Assembly: GCA_964388715.1 (NCBI GenBank)
Contig: CAYMBN010000006.1
Coordinates: 51,167 to 71,166, forward strand
Direction of reading: 5' to 3'
DNA from: an uncultured Methanosarcinales archaeon
Lineage (GTDB): Archaea; Nanobdellota; Nanobdellia; Woesearchaeales; CAYMBN01
DNA length: 20,000 nt
Shown here: positions 16,098-20,000 of the stretch, one piece after another
How positions within the stretch are numbered: the stretch's first letter is position 1
How the letters are laid out: the number at the start of each line of letters is the position of its first letter
Position numbers and translations under genes: made by a program
The notes under the pieces: model-generated
The model's input: only the letters and a program-made list of their open reading frames with translations
Database searches by the model: none
Told to the model about the DNA's origin: nothing

Positions 16098-19000
16098 TCA
16101 CCCTTGGTTTTCGTAAAAATCCCTAATTAAATCAATTATTTTAAATGGATCTGTGTATTCTGGGAATTTTTCACTATTTTCGTAGAATGCTCTTATTACA
16201 TCAATGATAAAAAATTGATCACTCATTACACCCACTACAAAATAACTTAAACTGTCTGTTTCAGAAGTATAATAAACATAATTAGCGTCTGTTGAGAGAA
16301 TATCTGTTTTAAGTTCTTCCCAACCATCATCAGTATTATGTTTAAGTACTATTTTTTCTTTAACAATATCTTGTTCACTTAACCAAGATAAAGAAACTTT
16401 AAATTGGAATTCTACCCCATCTATGTCGCTGTTTTCTATGTTTGTTCTGTTAACATAAAAGTATTGGTATGTTTTACTTCCAGTAGAAGAAAGTTCAGAA
16501 GGTTCTTTTCCTTCTTTTAATTCAACTACTTTTATTTTTGCATCTGAAACTGGATTGGAAAATGTGATTTTAAGTTCATCTACTATGTCAAGATTTGTTG
16601 TTGTTAATGTTTGACTTGTATCTGAAGAAATGATAAATGTTTGTTGATTCTGAATTGTATCTTCTTTAGGAGGTTCTGTATAACCACTTCCACCACCACT
16701 ACCACTACTATCACTGCTACTTCCAGTTGTATCAGCACTGAAAGCTGTTTTGTTTGAAAAGTCCATTGTATTTCCATTTTTGTCAATGCATCTGATATAA
16801 TAATAACCAGTGGTGTCAGTTGTGTATGTGAAGGTATTACTATGAATAGTTGTACCTGTTGCAGCTAGTGCACTCATACTGCTATAAGATACATTTGTGG
16901 TATGGTATGCACAATTTGCATTCTCATTTGTTGTGACTGTTAAAGAAACTGTTACTGTTGCAGTGCCTGTACCAGATGATGAAGTACTTATTGCTGATAC
17001 TGTAGGTGTTGTTGCATCTAATACTGAAAAGTTTCTCTTTACAGCACCAGAGTTTCTTAGACCAATGTCTGAACAATTTAATGTGTAATTATAAGTTCCG
17101 TTTAGTAAACCACTATAATTATGAATATGTGTATAATGTACACCTGTGTTAGAAAAATTACTTGTTGTAAATGTTCCAGATTCAATTGTAGCTGTTGCAT
17201 TGCTTATATTGTATGAACAGAATGTTGCTCTTGGATTTGCTTCCCATACATCTGCTGTTACCTGTACAAAACTGTTTGTTTGAGGTGTTGTTGTGTTTAC
17301 TGGTGCTGTTAAGTTAACTGTTGGTGCTACTGTATCGTTTGCTAAAGCTACCCCTGATAAGTGTGGGACATAAGCTGTTACATTTGCTGAATCATTTGTG
17401 TAACATGCTGCTGCTGCTGTGCCTACTTCTGAAGTTGGTGCAGTATTGCCTGTACATCGTGTTAAATTGTAAATTGTGTATCCTTGATCATCTTCAATGT
17501 ACAACACATTTAAGTCTTTCAAGGTTTGGTTGAAAATAATTACACTTGTATTGTAATAGTTATCATTTACAAAGTTACTTACGTTTTGTAATAATACTAA
17601 ATTAGTTATGTTTGTACCTGATTTATTCTGGCTTAAGTTTGATTGTTTTGAGTGTTTGCTTGTGACTACAATTAGGTCTGCTGTTTTGTTCCAGTTTGCC
17701 AAAGATGTGTTGAAGCTTGGCATTGTTACTGTATAATTGTCTGTTACAGATGCGTTTGCTATGAAACGAAGTGTTAATGTTTGGTTCATCCATTGAGCGC
17801 CTGTTAATGCTGTTGTTGAGTTTCTTAGAGTAGCGTTTAATTTACCTTTGTTTACAATAGTGAAGGTACCCATTCTAGTATCAACGTTTTCTTGGGCAAC
17901 AACTGTGATACTTCTTGTTACTTGGGTTGCTAGATTACCTGCTTCGTCTTTTGCACTGAACACGATTGTGTGTGGACCTGCGCTTAGGTTTTGAATAGAT
18001 ATGTTGGTAGCATTGTTTGCTGATGGAGTTAATGACATAACTGTACCATCAATTGTGAAGTTCCATCTGGTTGCGTTTGCTTCTGTTAATGTAAAGTTGA
18101 TTGTTACGTTTCCATTTGCATTTGTGAATATTGTTTGACTTGTGTTTGGTGAGGTTATTGTAAAGCTTGGTACATCATCGTCAATTGCATAATATATTCC
18201 TGGACTAGCTGATGAAGTTGTATTTGTGTTGTTTGCTGTGTCAACTACTGTAATGTTAAGTATTTCGTCTGCGCCTAACAATATTGTACCATTCCAGATG
18301 TTAGCAGATTGGTTTAGTGCAATTCCTTCTGCAACTACTGTACTTATGCCAGAGATATTGTCTGTTGCATTAACTGTGATTACTACCAGATCTGTTGATT
18401 TTACATAACGATCTGAGAGTGTAAAGTTGAAGATTGGTGCATAGTTGTCAACTACAAATTGATATTTTATTGTGCTGTTTATGTTTCCATTTGTATCATT
18501 TGCAAATACTGTTACATTATATGTTCCACCTGATACTGGGAATAATGAAGTATTTGATGTATTAATGCTTGCATTGTAAAAAGTTGAGGTATTTGTTGTA
18601 GTGTAATTTCTTTGGTAAATTGCTGTTGCGTTTGAGATTGCAAACCAAACATTAGTGATTCCGACTGGGTCTGTTATGGTAACATTGAAAAGGTATACAC
18701 TGCTTATGTTTGATTTGTTTGTTGGTGTGGTTAATGTAACTGTTGGAGCTTTTGTGTCTATTGTTAATGTTCTTGCTACAGTTTTATTAGAAACATTTGA
18801 ATCATCTGAACAATTTACATACCAAGTATGTGCACTATCAATCATATCTGATACATTTGTTTGTACTGTCTCATTACCATATACAGTAGTATTTAAGACA
18901 TCGTCAATATATAATCTACATGTTAAGTTTGTGTCAACTGTGTCATTAACAGACCATATAAATGTCTGGTTAACACTAGTGGTATTTGTTGTTGCATTTG

Positions 19001-19103
19001 TTGGGCTCATTAATGTAAGAAACGGTGCTGCTAAGACATATGAAGCCACTAAAACAGTAAGAACTAAGAACATTGTAAAATATATTGTGTATTTATTACC
19101 CAT
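16098..19103 (-). CDS. Large secreted Ig-like-repeat surface glycoprotein with a PGF-pre-PGF-like domain (1001 aa)
   Basis: Signal peptide; T/N/S-rich beta repeats with D-x-x-x-P boundaries (DTKAP, DNYAP, DDDVP, DTVAP, DATTP); more than 20 N-x-S/T sequons in the first ~220 aa; Ser/Gly linker; C-terminal domain ending YYTSETDSLSYFVVG; no C-terminal TM helix; SD GAGGGT. Confidence 0.85.
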   Translation of the reverse strand: MGNKYTIYFTMFLVLTVLVASYVLAAPFLTLMSPTNATTNTTSVNQTFIWSVNDTVDTNLTCRLYIDDVLNTTVYGNETVQTNVSDMIDSAHTWYVNCSDDSNVSNKTVARTLTIDTKAPTVTLTTPTNKSNISSVYLFNVTITDPVGITNVWFAISNATAIYQRNYTTTNTSTFYNASINTSNTSLFPVSGGTYNVTVFANDTNGNINSTIKYQFVVDNYAPIFNFTLSDRYVKSTDLVVITVNATDNISGISTVVAEGIALNQSANIWNGTILLGADEILNITVVDTANNTNTTSSASPGIYYAIDDDVPSFTITSPNTSQTIFTNANGNVTINFTLTEANATRWNFTIDGTVMSLTPSANNATNISIQNLSAGPHTIVFSAKDEAGNLATQVTRSITVVAQENVDTRMGTFTIVNKGKLNATLRNSTTALTGAQWMNQTLTLRFIANASVTDNYTVTMPSFNTSLANWNKTADLIVVTSKHSKQSNLSQNKSGTNITNLVLLQNVSNFVNDNYYNTSVIIFNQTLKDLNVLYIEDDQGYTIYNLTRCTGNTAPTSEVGTAAAACYTNDSANVTAYVPHLSGVALANDTVAPTVNLTAPVNTTTPQTNSFVQVTADVWEANPRATFCSYNISNATATIESGTFTTSNFSNTGVHYTHIHNYSGLLNGTYNYTLNCSDIGLRNSGAVKRNFSVLDATTPTVSAISTSSSGTGTATVTVSLTVTTNENANCAYHTTNVSYSSMSALAATGTTIHSNTFTYTTDTTGYYYIRCIDKNGNTMDFSNKTAFSADTTGSSSDSSGSGGGSGYTEPPKEDTIQNQQTFIISSDTSQTLTTTNLDIVDELKITFSNPVSDAKIKVVELKEGKEPSELSSTGSKTYQYFYVNRTNIENSDIDGVEFQFKVSLSWLSEQDIVKEKIVLKHNTDDGWEELKTDILSTDANYVYYTSETDSLSYFVVGVMSDQFFIIDVIRAFYENSEKFPEYTDPFKIIDLIRDFYENQG

Positions 19104-19226
19104 TTTTTTAAACCCTCTTTATTATAGTATGTGTATTTAATTAGTATTTAAATATTTTGTTAAAAAAGGATATGTGTAAATACTATGCATGTGTTAAAAT
19201 AAAGAAATAAAAAGAGAAAAAATATT

Positions 19227-20000
19227 TTATTTTTTCTTTGTTTTCTTTGTTTGTTGTTGGTATAATAGATAAGCTACTACTGCAACCACTAGTATGATTA
19301 ATATTATTAACCATGCTTTTGATTTAGGTGGTTCTTCTGGTTCTTCTACTGGTTCCTCTGTTGGTTCTTCCTCTTCTTCTACTCCTTCTGCAGCTTTCCT
19401 AAGTTCTTCTTTTTTAGCTTCTTCTATTACTTCTTTAACACCGATTGCGAAATAACTGAAACCTGGTGTTAATGCTTTGTATGTTATTTCTGTATCATCT
19501 TCTGAGAGGATTTCTGTTTCAAGATCATTCCATTTACCATCTTTGAATCTCTTTAGTGCAACATCTTCTTTATTAATTCCTTGTTCACTAATCCATTCTT
19601 TTGTAACTTTGAATGTTACTGAAGCTATTTCAATATCTGATTCTTTTAAGTGACCTGCTGTTAGTTGTAAGTATTTGAATGAAATAACTAATGTTTCTTC
19701 TGTTTCTGGTGCTTGTGTAAGTTCTGAAACTTTAACCTCAATATTGCTTACATCATTTGCAACTTTTATTTTAACTTCTGTAAGAGGTATTTCTGTTTTA
19801 TCAACAGTCATAGTAATTTCTTCTCCTGCCTTAATACTACCCCAGATTTTAGCTGATTCTACACCTATGATTGTTTCTTTTACAGGGATTACTAAAGCAT
19901 CTGCTCCTGTTGAACTTGCAACACTAGCTGCTGTTACATCTACAGTGTAACTTGTGCTGTTTGAAAAGTCCATTACATTACCATTCTTATCAATACATCT
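19227..20000 (-). CDS. Membrane-anchored PGF-pre-PGF domain surface protein; N-terminus outside the window
   Basis: The frame is open to base 20000 (RCIDKNGNV-MDFSNST...), so the track's start at 19973 is internal. Contains YKALTPGFSYFAIG, a Glu/Pro linker, TM helix AWLIILIILVVAVVAYLLY and a Lys-rich tail. Confidence 0.88.
   Translation of the reverse strand, partial: RCIDKNGNVMDFSNSTSYTVDVTAASVASSTGADALVIPVKETIIGVESAKIWGSIKAGEEITMTVDKTEIPLTEVKIKVANDVSNIEVKVSELTQAPETEETLVISFKYLQLTAGHLKESDIEIASVTFKVTKEWISEQGINKEDVALKRFKDGKWNDLETEILSEDDTEITYKALTPGFSYFAIGVKEVIEEAKKEELRKAAEGVEEEEEPTEEPVEEPEEPPKSKAWLIILIILVVAVVAYLLYQQQTKKTKKK

Noticed and set aside
16690..16730. CCA/CTA-rich trinucleotide-like run
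   Set aside because: It simply encodes the Ser/Gly linker (GSSSDSSGSGGGSG) of the 1001-aa protein.
15941..19950. ORF-track entries 15941-16126, 16604-16786, 16897-17088, 17321-17533, 18226-18408, 18655-19140 and 19675-19950
   Set aside because: Antisense or alternative-frame by-products of the Thr/Asn-rich surface-protein genes.
1..20000. tRNA/rRNA genes, CRISPR arrays, IS elements, inteins
   Set aside because: None seen by eye: intergenic gaps are short and AT-rich, with no cloverleaf, no repeat-spacer periodicity, no transposase motifs and no unexplained large insertions in the conserved enzymes. tRNAscan-SE or Infernal would be needed to exclude small RNAs formally.

Overview
AT-rich, densely packed archaeal chromosomal DNA. 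TATA/BRE promoters, GGTGA/GAGGTG Shine-Dalgarno (SD) sites, HerA/Mre11, translin and PGF-pre-PGF proteins all point to archaea; the gene content suggests a DPANN lineage such as Woesearchaeota (inference). In order, the window holds: (1) a window-truncated VirB11/FlaI/TadA-type secretion ATPase that the ORF track missed, two coiled-coil genes and three tandem paralogous 5-TM membrane genes; (2) a tRNA(Asp/Asn)-centred block of translin, bacterial-type aspS, bacterial-type tgt, an Lrp/AsnC regulator and asnS; (3) herA-mre11 without nurA or rad50; (4) an enlarged HTH + PIN-domain pair; (5) a MEMO1/AmrB gene; (6) a surface-protein locus with two paralogous PGF-pre-PGF proteins and a small membrane-anchored beta-sandwich protein. 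The best leads are a 33-codon ORF with its own candidate promoter, ending in Asn-Asn-Asn and followed by hairpins, between the Lrp/AsnC gene and asnS; a perfect palindromic candidate operator in front of the Lrp-tgt operon; the uncharacterised ATPase/coiled-coil/triple-5TM cluster; and a possible dockerin-cohesin-like surface anchoring pair. No tRNA, rRNA, CRISPR array or transposase was seen.
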